Of a stretch of DNA of 64,000 nucleotides, positions 20,366 through 30,855 are shown in pieces. The stretch is from IMG/VR virus record IMGVR_UViG_3300020576_007701. One strand, given 5' to 3'. The notes beneath the pieces were generated by a model. It saw nothing but the letters and a program-made list of their open reading frames with translations. It was not told where the DNA came from and made no database searches. Numbering within the stretch: position 1 is the stretch's first letter; every line of letters starts with the position of its first letter. Origin of the DNA: a virus (taxonomy: Duplodnaviria; Caudoviricetes). The translations under genes and the position numbers were made by a program.

Positions 20366-22801
20366 TTATAAAGTTGAAATTATTTGAATTTTTTCTCCCA
20401 CATCTAAAAAGTCTAAACTAGCTCTTACAGCAGATATAGATGCGTTAATATTTGTATTTAGTATAATATCTACTGTGGCAGCTTTTATACTAACTGTATA
20501 TGGAATGTGAACATTAATAACAACGTTTTGTACTGTAATATTATCGTAATGAAAATCGTTTATAGCTGGTCTTAAATGAAGTGGCGTAACAACTGGATTT
20601 AAATCAGGTGGTAAGTGACCCTTAAATTCAGAACCACGATTTACTCCTTCTTTATAAACAAATTTTTGTCTATTAAATATTGTATTTCTTATAGTAGTTC
20701 CACGTGATTCCAATATTGTCGTTGCTGGCAACAATTGTAAAGTATAGTTTGTAAAATTCATTTCAAGAAGATTTAGAAATGCTTCTAATCTCTTAAATGT
20801 TAATTTGTGTGACGATGGATTTTGCCAATAATAATAAGAAAGATAAGCGTTCTTTAAACCGTTATATGTTGAAATATTAAAAGTGTTTAATATTTCATCT
20901 GTATTGCTTGAATTATATGTATTGTTTCCAGTTGTTTTTCTATCACGAGGATCAATTAAATTTGCGTAAATATAATTTAACCACTCATTAATTGTCATTG
21001 CACTTATTGCTCCATTCGCCATTACATTAGCCGAAACAAGATATTCTGCTGGTACTGTTGTGGATGTTAATAGCCATGTTGTTCCAGTTTGTTGTTGATA
21101 AAAACCAAACACACCACACTCTATAGCTGCAGCTGGATCAAGAGACATTCTAAATTCTTTTGAATTTATTGTGTCTTGAGAACCGTTTACTCCAGAAAAA
21201 CCAACAATAACTTTGCCGTTGTCTATTGTTTTATTTGGATTAAATTCTGGTGTCCATTGCGTAATATAGTCGTGGCCATTACCTCTTCCTGAACCACCCT
21301 CTTGAAATATGTATCTACTTTGAGAATAATCAATGTAACCATTATCGTTTATTTTATTTGATAAACTAGTTGTACCGCTAGTTAAAGCATCTTGATAAAC
21401 GTTATTAATTTTATAAACAAATTCATCTAATTGCACCATACATTCTGGCGCTCCCATTAATTTAAATAAAAATGTTAACCCGTCCCTGGTTCCTTTTTTC
21501 TTGTATAACCAATTTATGTTTATTAAAATTCTTCTCCATATCTCAACGTTAAAATGAGAGTAAGAAGTACCTTCACCATCTACGTCCGCAGATAAGTATT
21601 CGAATAAATCTACTTCATTAAAAGAATCTACTAATTTCCATCCAAGTAAATTGCTTAATTTATGCATGAATTTTTGAGGCACACTTTCTGTGCCGTCATA
21701 TTCTACAGAGTGAGCATAAGCGATTCCATCTATATAATTTTTTATTTGATCAAATTCATGCGCATATGCTTGAACTGTGCTTTTATAAATTTGATTATCT
21801 GAATCCATATCCAAAAAAGTATCTGGAATCATGGTTCTTAACATGATGTTTGTTTTAGAATCATCTATGTTCGCAGCAGCTCTTAAAATACTGTCTTTAT
21901 AATCATCAAATTCAGTTCCAAAACTATCTGGCGCAAACCCATCTATTGTTTTAGGCCAAACAAAACTAGTTTCTGTATAACCAGAATCAGTTTCTATATT
22001 TGGTACTAAAAGTTTTTCGCCATATAACAGATGTTTTTCTAGGCTGCTTAAATTTAATTTATATTGAGAAAATCTTTTTCTTGAAGGTCTTATATAAATT
22101 GGTGCTGTACTAGAACCAATTATTTCCTCTAAAGATCCACTTATAACAAAATATAAATAAGAATCAGTACCAGCAGAAAAACTATACTCTGTAATAGGAA
22201 CAATGTTTGTCATTCCAGTTGTTGTAGATCCGCTTAAATCAATAGCAAACTCTGTATAGCTATCAACTAAACTGAATACGCCATCCATTGTGGAACCTGA
22301 ATTCAAAATTATATTTCCCTGATTTGATATTGCTGAATAAGGTACTTTAAAAGAAGAAATTCTAACTCCAGTCATTGTGTTTGCAGAAGTTACATAATCA
22401 TAAATTGTTGTTCCAGTACCATTATCATATGAAAGTATGGCGTATGGGAAATTTGTAATTATACTATTTATTGAATTCGCTACCTCAGTATAAAAAGAAC
22501 CAAAATAAGAATAACTAAACGCATCATTTGGTTTTAAATTAAGTTCGTTTGGGTTAACAGAATAAGATTGTGGTGGTGTAAAATTTTTTATACCAAGAGT
22601 TTCAAGAGTTGAAAAAGAATCAAACTTTAAACTTTCATTGCTTCCAGTAATTGATACCGAGGCATTATCTTTATAAATTCTAAAATCACCAAATGTAAAA
22701 ATGGAGTCAGAATTAGTATTCAACAACCTTTTATCCTCACCAGGTCTGTAAAAAACCGATAAGGTATCTGCTGAGTTTGGCGTAATTAAGTTGCTTGACA
22801 C
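20366..22801 (-). CDS. Baseplate/tail protein with P2 gpI-like domain
   Basis: SVPQKFMHKLSNLLGW...WRRILININWLYKKKGTRDGLTFLFKLMG; GTG start; TATTTAT on the minus strand at 22827-22821. Confidence 0.65.
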   Translation of the reverse strand: MSSNLITPNSADTLSVFYRPGEDKRLLNTNSDSIFTFGDFRIYKDNASVSITGSNESLKFDSFSTLETLGIKNFTPPQSYSVNPNELNLKPNDAFSYSYFGSFYTEVANSINSIITNFPYAILSYDNGTGTTIYDYVTSANTMTGVRISSFKVPYSAISNQGNIILNSGSTMDGVFSLVDSYTEFAIDLSGSTTTGMTNIVPITEYSFSAGTDSYLYFVISGSLEEIIGSSTAPIYIRPSRKRFSQYKLNLSSLEKHLLYGEKLLVPNIETDSGYTETSFVWPKTIDGFAPDSFGTEFDDYKDSILRAAANIDDSKTNIMLRTMIPDTFLDMDSDNQIYKSTVQAYAHEFDQIKNYIDGIAYAHSVEYDGTESVPQKFMHKLSNLLGWKLVDSFNEVDLFEYLSADVDGEGTSYSHFNVEIWRRILININWLYKKKGTRDGLTFLFKLMGAPECMVQLDEFVYKINNVYQDALTSGTTSLSNKINDNGYIDYSQSRYIFQEGGSGRGNGHDYITQWTPEFNPNKTIDNGKVIVGFSGVNGSQDTINSKEFRMSLDPAAAIECGVFGFYQQQTGTTWLLTSTTVPAEYLVSANVMANGAISAMTINEWLNYIYANLIDPRDRKTTGNNTYNSSNTDEILNTFNISTYNGLKNAYLSYYYWQNPSSHKLTFKRLEAFLNLLEMNFTNYTLQLLPATTILESRGTTIRNTIFNRQKFVYKEGVNRGSEFKGHLPPDLNPVVTPLHLRPAINDFHYDNITVQNVVINVHIPYTVSIKAATVDIILNTNINASISAVRASLDFLDVGEKIQIISTL

Positions 22802-22933
22802 GGTAATTCTATTTTTTTATATAAATATTCGTAAAAAAGATTTCGATTATAAAGCAAAATCTAACAACTATTTACATTCTTAGTCTTATTTATTATTTTT
22901 TTTTACTAATATTTATAGGAAATTGTAAAAAAT

Positions 22934-24982
22934 ATGAGTTATCTACAACAAGAGCCATTGACCTATTTAAACATCAAATTGACAGATGATGGAAGAAGAT
23001 TGTTGTCACTCGGTCAATTAAGTTTTTCCAAGGCTGTATTATCAGATAGGGAAATAAAATACGATTTCGATAATACAAGCTCATATAATATTTCTTGTCT
23101 TGATAAAATCATTGCCCCAAAAGATGCAAACCCATTATTGCCACTTTATAATTTTGATGGTACTGACCCAATTCCATTTAGTACAATTGCTTCAGCAAGA
23201 CAAATAGTTTCAGCATCAACACCTTCAACTGGCTTTTATACTGGTTCTTCTTCAAACTGGGCACTTGATACAACGAAAATGCTTGGCAAATCAGTTATTA
23301 CATATTCTAAATTTACACCAAGCGGATCAACATTTATAAAAATGTCTGGCGGAACATATTTTCCAAAAGGTGGAGAATTAATGTTTGTACCTTGGAAACC
23401 TATTCAAAATAGTGGAAACACTAGTGTATCTACAACCTTAGTTGGTTCTGGAACGCCACTTGTTTCTCTTTGGTATAGAGTTATAAGTGCAAATACAGCA
23501 TCTTCAACTGTTTGGTTAGATAGACCATTACCAAATTTTGGCGCTACTATCGCCACTTCTTCTTTATCTGCAAATACATATTTTTATCCATTTAGCGGAG
23601 TTGATACCTACTATGGTTCAGCTACTACTTTGGCTACTCAAGTTTGGAATATGAATATAGTTCGAACAAGTAGTGTTATGGGAACAGATGGAACCATGAG
23701 TGCTTATACCACATATGGTTCTGTTGACTATAATGGAAGTAAACAATATTTTGGTTTTTCTTCTGAAACACGTGCGCTCGGAATAGTCCATTATTCAAAT
23801 AAATTTAGTGGAAATACCTACGCAGAACAACTTATAGAAGGCACAGTTGTGGTTGATATGCCTCACATAATGTGGCACAATTCTACTGCAAGTGCTGGCC
23901 AAGCAAATACTTGGGGATTATCTCTTTCTGATGCGGCTGGTCCAACAACATATGATGCTTTAGCTGGAACATCTTATAGACCTCTAAGGGACGGCACCTC
24001 TACAAGTGATATGATTGTTGGTAGAGTTTATCATAAATTAAAAATGATGATAATCACAGATCCAGAATTGCTTTGTGCTCTTACTTATAAATCAAATAGA
24101 AACTTTACGCTTCCAGCTTTGTCTTTAAGTACAAGTTTTGCGCCAAAATATCCTTTGTCAACATCTGATGCAACAGGTATTTTAGAAACTGGTTACACTT
24201 ATTATGTTACCTATCTTGTGGATAACGAATGGGTATATTCTCCAGCTGCAACTGGTCTTACATATGGTTATCAAACGCCTTTAAATTGTAACTATATTTC
24301 TCAAATTGATGGCGTGAATGACAGTAATGGAAATCCTCAATTTTTAAGAGTTGGATTTGCCTCTAATGGTTTTCCTTTTTTAAGAAGTGGAACTGGGATG
24401 GAAACATACTCTGGTACTGGATGGAATGCAAACAGAGTGCAATTAATGGTTAACAAAGTTAACAATACATTGTATCCAAATATGAAAATTGATAATTTGC
24501 CATCTGATAGTTGGAAGTTGATTTCTTCATCTTTATCTGGCGGTAATGGTATATACAGTGGAACAAGCACTTCATCAATTGATGCAACTTCATTGCTTAC
24601 ATATAATTATATTATATCACAAGAAGATTATAATTCAGGATCCACTTTTGCTCTTAGCAATCGTTATTCTGCATTTACTCAGAATACTAGTTATTTAAAT
24701 AGTGGCCTAACATTTGGGGATGAATCATTTTTCTTTGGAAATATAACGTGCGATATAATGGCGACAACGTTTAAGAGTGTTTTAACAGTATTAGCATCAA
24801 ACTCAGCATTCAACTCTTCAAATAACCCTTCGTTTAATTCAACAATAAACTTAGATACATATATTTCAGAGGTAGGTGTTTTGGATTCTAACAATGTACT
24901 TGTTGGTATAGGTAAGTTTACTTATCCAATACCAAAAAATTCAAGTAGGTTTTTAGCGTTTCAATTAGAAATTGATTTTTAA
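22934..24982 (+). CDS. Tail/baseplate fibre-attachment protein
   Basis: N-terminal KLTDDGRRLLS and C-terminal YISEVGVLDSNNVLVGIGK resemble the two halves of the tail-collar/fibre N-terminal domain; Ser/Thr/Gly-rich middle. Confidence 0.55.
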   Translation: MSYLQQEPLTYLNIKLTDDGRRLLSLGQLSFSKAVLSDREIKYDFDNTSSYNISCLDKIIAPKDANPLLPLYNFDGTDPIPFSTIASARQIVSASTPSTGFYTGSSSNWALDTTKMLGKSVITYSKFTPSGSTFIKMSGGTYFPKGGELMFVPWKPIQNSGNTSVSTTLVGSGTPLVSLWYRVISANTASSTVWLDRPLPNFGATIATSSLSANTYFYPFSGVDTYYGSATTLATQVWNMNIVRTSSVMGTDGTMSAYTTYGSVDYNGSKQYFGFSSETRALGIVHYSNKFSGNTYAEQLIEGTVVVDMPHIMWHNSTASAGQANTWGLSLSDAAGPTTYDALAGTSYRPLRDGTSTSDMIVGRVYHKLKMMIITDPELLCALTYKSNRNFTLPALSLSTSFAPKYPLSTSDATGILETGYTYYVTYLVDNEWVYSPAATGLTYGYQTPLNCNYISQIDGVNDSNGNPQFLRVGFASNGFPFLRSGTGMETYSGTGWNANRVQLMVNKVNNTLYPNMKIDNLPSDSWKLISSSLSGGNGIYSGTSTSSIDATSLLTYNYIISQEDYNSGSTFALSNRYSAFTQNTSYLNSGLTFGDESFFFGNITCDIMATTFKSVLTVLASNSAFNSSNNPSFNSTINLDTYISEVGVLDSNNVLVGIGKFTYPIPKNSSRFLAFQLEIDF

Positions 24983-25019
24983 TAAAAAAATTATATTAAT
25001 ATTTATAAAAAAATAAACA

Positions 25020-25592
25020 ATGGGAAGAATAGCTTCGGCATCAACAGTATACGCAACAGCATATTTATCTGAAAAAGGTAGATCGTATCTTTTTAATAAG
25101 GGTAATATTCGTTTCGATGCCAACGGAAATGATTTATTTGAAATCTTGGCATTTGGCCTGGGAGACCCAGATACGAATTACGCTACAAATGTAAGATTAG
25201 AGTCTGGAGATATTCCAGATATTACTGGAAAATCAGAAGACTGTATTAAATCAACAGCAGACTACATCCAATCTACATTAGTTTATTACGCAGTTGACGC
25301 AATGGCCTTCGTAGATCCGCAATATTCAACAAATATTGTTGGTAATATTTTGTATTTAAACACTGATGCTGGAATGCCAGCAAATGCTGCTACGGATACT
25401 CCACCAGTACCACCTCCAGTAGTTGTAGTTACTAATACTCCTACTTCGGCGGCAGCAGCAGCGTCTGCATTCGGTGTACCAGGAGGAGATGACGTTTCAT
25501 CACACACTGTACTTGTAACTTCTACTTCAGCAGTCGCTGGTACTTTATTAGGTGGTGGTATTACAGGTATTCGTAAATCTCTTAGACAATAA
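25020..25592 (+). CDS. Putative tail protein (N-terminal half of the fibre-attachment domain)
   Basis: AYLSEKGRSYL...FGLGDPDTNY parallels the N-terminus of 22934..24982. Confidence 0.5.
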   Translation: MGRIASASTVYATAYLSEKGRSYLFNKGNIRFDANGNDLFEILAFGLGDPDTNYATNVRLESGDIPDITGKSEDCIKSTADYIQSTLVYYAVDAMAFVDPQYSTNIVGNILYLNTDAGMPANAATDTPPVPPPVVVVTNTPTSAAAAASAFGVPGGDDVSSHTVLVTSTSAVAGTLLGGGITGIRKSLRQ

Positions 25593-25625
25593 TAAATTTT
25601 AATAAGCGACAAATAAATAAAAAAA

Positions 25626-26213
25626 ATGGCAGCAGCAACCAATACAACATCAGCAGCAATAATCCCGTCAACTCCAAATACGGCACCAAGTGCAATTGCT
25701 TTTAAGCAAGAAATCATATTTTCAACAGTTGACAAAAACAATAATAACGCCCCTTTAACAGAGGCTTTTATTGTAAGCGGACCTACTTCTCCAGGAGTTA
25801 CTCAAATAAATCTTGGAGGTGGCGGTGGAACAAAATGTGTAATACCACTTACTACAACCTCTGGAAATGGAGCGCCATTTTTAAAAGTGCACTTTCCAAC
25901 AGTTGGAAATATAATGTATGTAACATTTTGTGTATCTAATAATTTAATGCAAGATGGTTATTATGATTATAAAACTGGTGTTCCAGCTTCTTTTGTAACA
26001 GCTCTTAGAGCTTGGATAAATACAAATCCAGCAACTGGTCAACCATATATAAACTCAAATGGTACACCAATAGTTAGAGCAAGAAATTTAAAATTTATTG
26101 CTTACGGCGCAGGTACAAATAAACCTGGAAACGCTGTAACTTTCTTTTTAAAATATCAAGGAACTTTTGGTGGTCAAGCAGTTACGGCAGCAACAACAGC
26201 ATCTACAGCATAA
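25626..26213 (+). CDS. Putative structural protein
   Basis: 195 aa, Thr/Ala/Gly-rich, in the tail operon. Confidence 0.5.
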   Translation: MAAATNTTSAAIIPSTPNTAPSAIAFKQEIIFSTVDKNNNNAPLTEAFIVSGPTSPGVTQINLGGGGGTKCVIPLTTTSGNGAPFLKVHFPTVGNIMYVTFCVSNNLMQDGYYDYKTGVPASFVTALRAWINTNPATGQPYINSNGTPIVRARNLKFIAYGAGTNKPGNAVTFFLKYQGTFGGQAVTAATTASTA

Positions 26214-26248
26214 GCTTAAATAAATTATATAATTAAAAAAACAAAAAC

Positions 26249-27361
26249 ATGGCATCACAAATTTTTAAAGCTGTAGCAAGTACAATATCAAATAGACAAG
26301 AAACGTCAACAAACGTTACGTTAAATGGAAGTGGTATTACTTATACATTATGCGACAGAACAGATACAACAAATAAAAAAGCAAATTATTTTACTTCTTT
26401 TAATTTGCCAAATATTTATTCTGATCTAGCAAGTGGAAGTACTTTGGCTTTAGCTAACCCAGAGATACTTCAAATAAATGTTGATAGAATTGTAATAATG
26501 CCTATTGATAAATCAAGTTACAATGAAATAATTGATGGTCGTAGCTTGACAATTAAAGTTCCTCAAACATTAGTGTTTAACTCAACAATGAGTTCGAAAA
26601 CAATTGTTTCAAGCACATACTCTTCTTTAATGAAAAAAGAAAGCAATGTATTTTTAGGAAATAATATTGCTTTCTTATTTTGTGATGAACTCAATTTACC
26701 ATACACTGGAACTACAAACGCTGGAACAAATACAAAAAGTTCAGTTACCACATGGAATACAACATCTTACGCTTTAAGACCAGCAGCTATACCGTATTCA
26801 GATCTTGATATCACTAGTGATATTAACACAGATAAAAGACCATCAAATTCAATTAAATATGCAACGCCTGTAACGGCTGCATATCCAAATAACACAAACC
26901 AAGGTTATAATTACGATATACCTTGTGGAATTGTTTGTTTAGATAAAGGATTTATAGTTTTAACACACCCGTCAATTGTTGATAGTATGCCATGGACTCA
27001 AGGTATTAAAGCATATTCAAATGCTGCAAATACTGGTGGATCGTCTGGTACAACAGATATTTACTTTAGTGATACATCAAAATCTCAAACTACTTTTACC
27101 GATATAAGTATTAGCTTTAAAACCTCTGTAATTTGTATGGGATTACCTGGAGAATTTTACTTTACAAACAATCCAACTTGGGATGCCGCAAAAAATGCGC
27201 AAGAATTTAATGCACAAACTCATAATTATGACTCTTTATATATAACTGAAATAGCTTTGTATAACAGAAAAAGTGAATTGATTGCGGTTGCTAAATTAAG
27301 CGAGCCAGTAGAAAAAAACTTCACGAACTTGATCACGTTCAACATTGATATTGAAGTTTAG
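26249..27361 (+). CDS. Putative tail protein (C-terminal half of the fibre-attachment domain)
   Basis: C-terminal YITEIALYNRKSELIAVAKLSEPVEK parallels the C-terminus of 22934..24982. Confidence 0.55.
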   Translation: MASQIFKAVASTISNRQETSTNVTLNGSGITYTLCDRTDTTNKKANYFTSFNLPNIYSDLASGSTLALANPEILQINVDRIVIMPIDKSSYNEIIDGRSLTIKVPQTLVFNSTMSSKTIVSSTYSSLMKKESNVFLGNNIAFLFCDELNLPYTGTTNAGTNTKSSVTTWNTTSYALRPAAIPYSDLDITSDINTDKRPSNSIKYATPVTAAYPNNTNQGYNYDIPCGIVCLDKGFIVLTHPSIVDSMPWTQGIKAYSNAANTGGSSGTTDIYFSDTSKSQTTFTDISISFKTSVICMGLPGEFYFTNNPTWDAAKNAQEFNAQTHNYDSLYITEIALYNRKSELIAVAKLSEPVEKNFTNLITFNIDIEV

Positions 27362-27397
27362 TGGAATTAATTGACTGATTATCAGTAAGTTACATTT

Positions 27398-27430
27398 TAA
27401 CTCTTGGGTTTTACTCAAGAGTTTTTTATT
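27398..27430 (+). terminator. Rho-independent terminator ending the tail operon
   Basis: AACTCTTGGGT-TTT-ACTCAAGAGTT hairpin followed by a T-run. Confidence 0.7.
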
Positions 27431-27449
27431 TTATTGAAAACCTAAATTT

Positions 27450-28121
27450 ATGCCAGGAATATATCAAATAAAAAACAAAATTAACAACAATATCTATGTT
27501 GGATCAGCAAAAGATTTCTCACGACGCATAGGTGAACACACAAAATTGTTGAAAAAAAACAAACACCACTCTTCTTATTTACAACATGCTTGGAATAAGT
27601 ATGGAGAAGATAATTTTATTTTTGGATTACTTGAAGTGGTTGAAGATTTGTCTCAATTGATTAAGCGTGAACAGCATTACATAGACACTTTAAATCCTGA
27701 ATATAACATGTGTCCTACAGCTGGCTCTAGGCTTGGGTCTAAAACCACAAAAGAAACAAGAGAAAAAAATCGTCAAAACGCCACCAAATTTTGGCTTGGT
27801 AAAAACCTATCAGAAGAAACTAAGAAGAAGATTGGTGATGCCAACAGAGGTAATCAACACACTCAGGAAGCAAAAGATAAGATCAGCGCAAATCATAGCA
27901 GACATAATCTTGGAAAAAAATTTTCTGAAGAGTCTAAATCAAAAATGGCAAAGGCTAAAGCAATGCCAATCTCACAATACACATTAGATGGTCAATTTAT
28001 TCGCTCCTGGGACTCTGGCAAGCATGTTCAGAATGAAACTGATATGAACCAGGGTAACATAAATAAAGTGTGCCTAGGCAAGTATAAACAAGCTTATGGA
28101 TTTGTTTGGAAGTTTATCTAA
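27450..28121 (+). mobile_element. Free-standing GIY-YIG homing endonuclease with NUMOD3/NUMOD1 DNA-binding repeats
   Basis: PGIYQIKNKINNNIYVGSA, conserved R, E (KREQHYID) and N (EYN); repeats of the SEETKKKIG type; C-terminal QYTLDGQFIRSW...AYGFVW. Confidence 0.9.
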
Positions 28122-28588
28122 TATCTTAAATGTGGTTTTTCACTATTAGCAAAAAGCAACACAAGTTTATTGAACATATCTATTTGAATATCGTGATATT
28201 CAGTACACGTCATTGTTAAAAGCGGATAATTTTTTAACACATAATTTGGAACATGCGCTACTATGTTAAAAATAAATCTGTTTGGATCATCAGATAATAC
28301 TCTGATGTGAATATAAATCTCTTTACCAACACTATCAACTCTAGCGTGAAATCTTTTATCCATTGTAAAAGTGTGTATGGGATCAAATCGACCATAAGAA
28401 GGATTAAATTCACCATAAAAATGTAATCCATTGTCGTTTAATACAATGTATTCAACATCTTCTTTTTTTATCGGAAAACTTTCAATGAAATCACAAAAAA
28501 TAAAACTATCTTTATGTATTGTAATACCTGTTTGTTCCTGCATATCTGATTTTAGTATATGCTTATAATATTCCTCTTTTGTCATCAT
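28118..28588 (-). CDS. Hypothetical protein
   Basis: 156-aa ORF converging on the endonuclease gene. Confidence 0.6.
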   Translation of the reverse strand: MMTKEEYYKHILKSDMQEQTGITIHKDSFIFCDFIESFPIKKEDVEYIVLNDNGLHFYGEFNPSYGRFDPIHTFTMDKRFHARVDSVGKEIYIHIRVLSDDPNRFIFNIVAHVPNYVLKNYPLLTMTCTEYHDIQIDMFNKLVLLFANSEKPHLRY

Positions 28589-28590
28589 GT

Positions 28591-28737
28591 TTATTTCTGT
28601 TTAGGTGTTGGTTCTGGTGCGTTTTCTGTTTGAGAAGGCAGTTGAGTGGTTATTGGTTTCTCTGTTGAAGTACATTTTTCTTCAGGTTTCATTGGACCAC
28701 CCTGTGTAGTTTCTGTGAACTTTTCTACTTTTTTCAT
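28591..28737 (-). CDS. Small Thr/Pro/Glu-rich hypothetical protein (48 aa, not in the ORF track)
   Basis: MKKVEKFTETTQGGPMKPEEKCTSTEKPITTQLPSQTENAPEPTPKQK*; ends 2 nt before the next ATG and has an A-rich leader. Confidence 0.5.
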   Translation of the reverse strand: MKKVEKFTETTQGGPMKPEEKCTSTEKPITTQLPSQTENAPEPTPKQK

Positions 28738-28833
28738 GTTTTGTATTTTATAAAATATAATACAGTAATTCTAAAAGATAAATAGATTATTTGATTTTCT
28801 CGTTTTGTTTCGATATATTATTGAAAACAAAAC

Positions 28834-29391
28834 ATGGAAAATAAAACAAAATATATTTTAGGCTTAGATATTTCAACCAGTTGTATAGGCTACTCTCTTT
28901 TTAATGAAGATGGAAAACTTGAAACTGCAAGCTATGTAAAGTTTGGAGACAAATTAACATTATTTGAAAAACTAGAAGAATTCAAAAAAGCGATTACTTT
29001 TATTAAAGAATATAATGTGGCTTTCATCGCAATTGAGGAGCCTCTTAAAAAATTCATGGGAAAATTTTCATCAGCTACCACAATTGCGTTATTGAATTTT
29101 TTTAACGGAATGGTCAGTTCATATTTGTATTTAGAATTTAAAATTGAGCCAGTTTATTTTAACGTAAACCACGCACGTAAAGAGGCTTTCCCAACTATGA
29201 AGGTTGAAAAAGAGGGTTCCATAAAACATGAGGTGTGGAATAAAGTAAAAGAATTAGAGCCATTAATTGATTGGAAATACGGACCTAAGTCTAGAAAACT
29301 TCTTGACGAAAACTATGATGTTTGCGATAGTTATGTCATAGCATTGTGCATGCTTATCACAATTGACAAACAAAAGACACCAGTTGTCTAG
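28834..29391 (+). CDS. RuvC-like Holliday junction resolvase
   Basis: ILGLDISTSCIG, IAIEEP and YDVCDSYVIA acidic RNase H-fold motifs. Confidence 0.8.
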   Translation: MENKTKYILGLDISTSCIGYSLFNEDGKLETASYVKFGDKLTLFEKLEEFKKAITFIKEYNVAFIAIEEPLKKFMGKFSSATTIALLNFFNGMVSSYLYLEFKIEPVYFNVNHARKEAFPTMKVEKEGSIKHEVWNKVKELEPLIDWKYGPKSRKLLDENYDVCDSYVIALCMLITIDKQKTPVV

Positions 29392-29398
29392 CTTTTTA

Positions 29399-29429
29399 TT
29401 GCTAAGTCAATGATTTTTAGCTATATTTG
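29399..29429 (+). promoter_or_regulatory. Bacteroidota-type housekeeping promoter (TTG-N20-TATATTTG)
   Basis: TTG at 29399-29401 and TATATTTG at 29422-29429, matching the -33/-7 consensus TTG...TAnnTTTG; precedes the primase gene. Confidence 0.7.
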
Positions 29430-29434
29430 CATGT

Positions 29435-30418
29435 ATGTCCAGCGACAAAAACAATCTTTTAATAATCAATATTGTCCAAGGTTTTCTTGGAACACCCAGA
29501 CATTCAAGCGGTGCTGAGTCAAGGTTGCAATGGGAATTTAATTGTCCTTCTCCAAAATGTAGAGGTGATCATAATAAATTTAATTTAGCATATCGCTCTG
29601 ATTCTAAGATATTTAAGTGCTGGAAATGTAAATATAGCGGTTTTGTAACAACTCTTGTTGGTAACCACGGATCAAAAGACGATATAGCCAGGCTAAGGCT
29701 GGTTTTGCCAAAGTATGACCAATCTAGCTTTCAAACTTTTAAACGCCCAGATATTGACTATACGTCTATTGCGTGCGATTTGCCAGTGGGATACATGCCG
29801 TTATCCCAAGAAAGAAAAAGCAAGCTCTGGGAGCGTGCTTGGGAGTACATGACAATAGAACGAAAAGTTAGTCTTCCACAAATTGATAAGTTTAAAATAG
29901 GTTATACAGAAAACGGACCAAGAAAATATAGAATTATAATGCCTTCTTTGAATGCGGCTGGTAGAATTAATTATTATGAAGCAAGAGCTTATTTAAAAGA
30001 TGCCAAGAGACCGTATTGGAAACCAGACTCACCTCATGTGCACGATATAATTTATAATGAATATTATATAAATTGGGATTTGCCGATTTACTTGGTAGAG
30101 GGTGTTTTTGATTCATACAGAATTCAAAATTCTATACCACTACTTGGCAAAACGCCATCTCCTCTTTTGATAAGTAAATTATTAGAGCATAATAGCACTG
30201 TAATAATCTGTCTTGACTCAGATGCGTTTAAAGATAGTGTAGATTTTTACAAAATGCTTTCTTCTCTTGGATTAAATGTTTTTTTTATTGATCTAAAGGG
30301 TGAAAAAGATATTTCAAAAATATATGAAGATCATGGGCAAGAAAGATTAAACGAAATATTAAAGCAGCCAAAAAGAATTGATACTCTTTTTGAAATTAAT
30401 AAAATACTAAACGAATAA
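29435..30418 (+). CDS. DNA primase (Zn-binding + TOPRIM)
   Basis: FNCPSPKC...FKCWKC zinc site; YLVEGVFD and ICLDSDA TOPRIM motifs. Confidence 0.85.
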   Translation: MSSDKNNLLIINIVQGFLGTPRHSSGAESRLQWEFNCPSPKCRGDHNKFNLAYRSDSKIFKCWKCKYSGFVTTLVGNHGSKDDIARLRLVLPKYDQSSFQTFKRPDIDYTSIACDLPVGYMPLSQERKSKLWERAWEYMTIERKVSLPQIDKFKIGYTENGPRKYRIIMPSLNAAGRINYYEARAYLKDAKRPYWKPDSPHVHDIIYNEYYINWDLPIYLVEGVFDSYRIQNSIPLLGKTPSPLLISKLLEHNSTVIICLDSDAFKDSVDFYKMLSSLGLNVFFIDLKGEKDISKIYEDHGQERLNEILKQPKRIDTLFEINKILNE

Positions 30419-30450
30419 AATACGGAGTTAAATGTTTTAAAATATAAAAT

Positions 30451-30753
30451 ATGAAAAGATTAATTAATGCAATAAAAATGGGTTTTTTTACATATAAAAA
30501 TCCAAAAATTTTTCAGCAATATACTTTTAAAATGCTTGCCGATTTATTTGAACTAATTTTAAAGGTATCTCATGAGGATAGGCATATGATGACTCATATT
30601 GCTTTTATTCATCCAGAAGACGGCACCGAACATCAGATAGTATCTATTTGGGCTGGAGCTGGTGCCGCTGCAGAACCAACAAAAAGAATAAAAGAATTAT
30701 TAGAAGAAAACTCTAGGTTAAAAGCATTGTTAAACCAACAAATTAAAAATTAA
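30451..30753 (+). CDS. Hypothetical protein
   Basis: 100-aa ORF. Confidence 0.6.
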   Translation: MKRLINAIKMGFFTYKNPKIFQQYTFKMLADLFELILKVSHEDRHMMTHIAFIHPEDGTEHQIVSIWAGAGAAAEPTKRIKELLEENSRLKALLNQQIKN

Positions 30754-30762
30754 CAACCATTC

Positions 30763-30846
30763 ATGAAAATTGCACATTTAGCGGATATACAATTATTTAT
30801 TTGTGAATGTCAAATATCTATGCTTTTTTATCATATTTATCAATAA
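30763..30846 (+). pseudogene. Orphaned 5' end of the Mre11-Rad50 gene (MKIAHLADIQ plus 17 unrelated codons)
   Basis: The first 10 codons match the start of 31725..35192 (MRICHLADIQ). Confidence 0.75.
30775..30792 (+). repeat. 18-bp direct repeat, copy 1 (CATTTAGCGGATATACAA)
   Basis: Identical to 31737-31754. Confidence 0.95.
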
Positions 30847-30855
30847 AAACAAATT

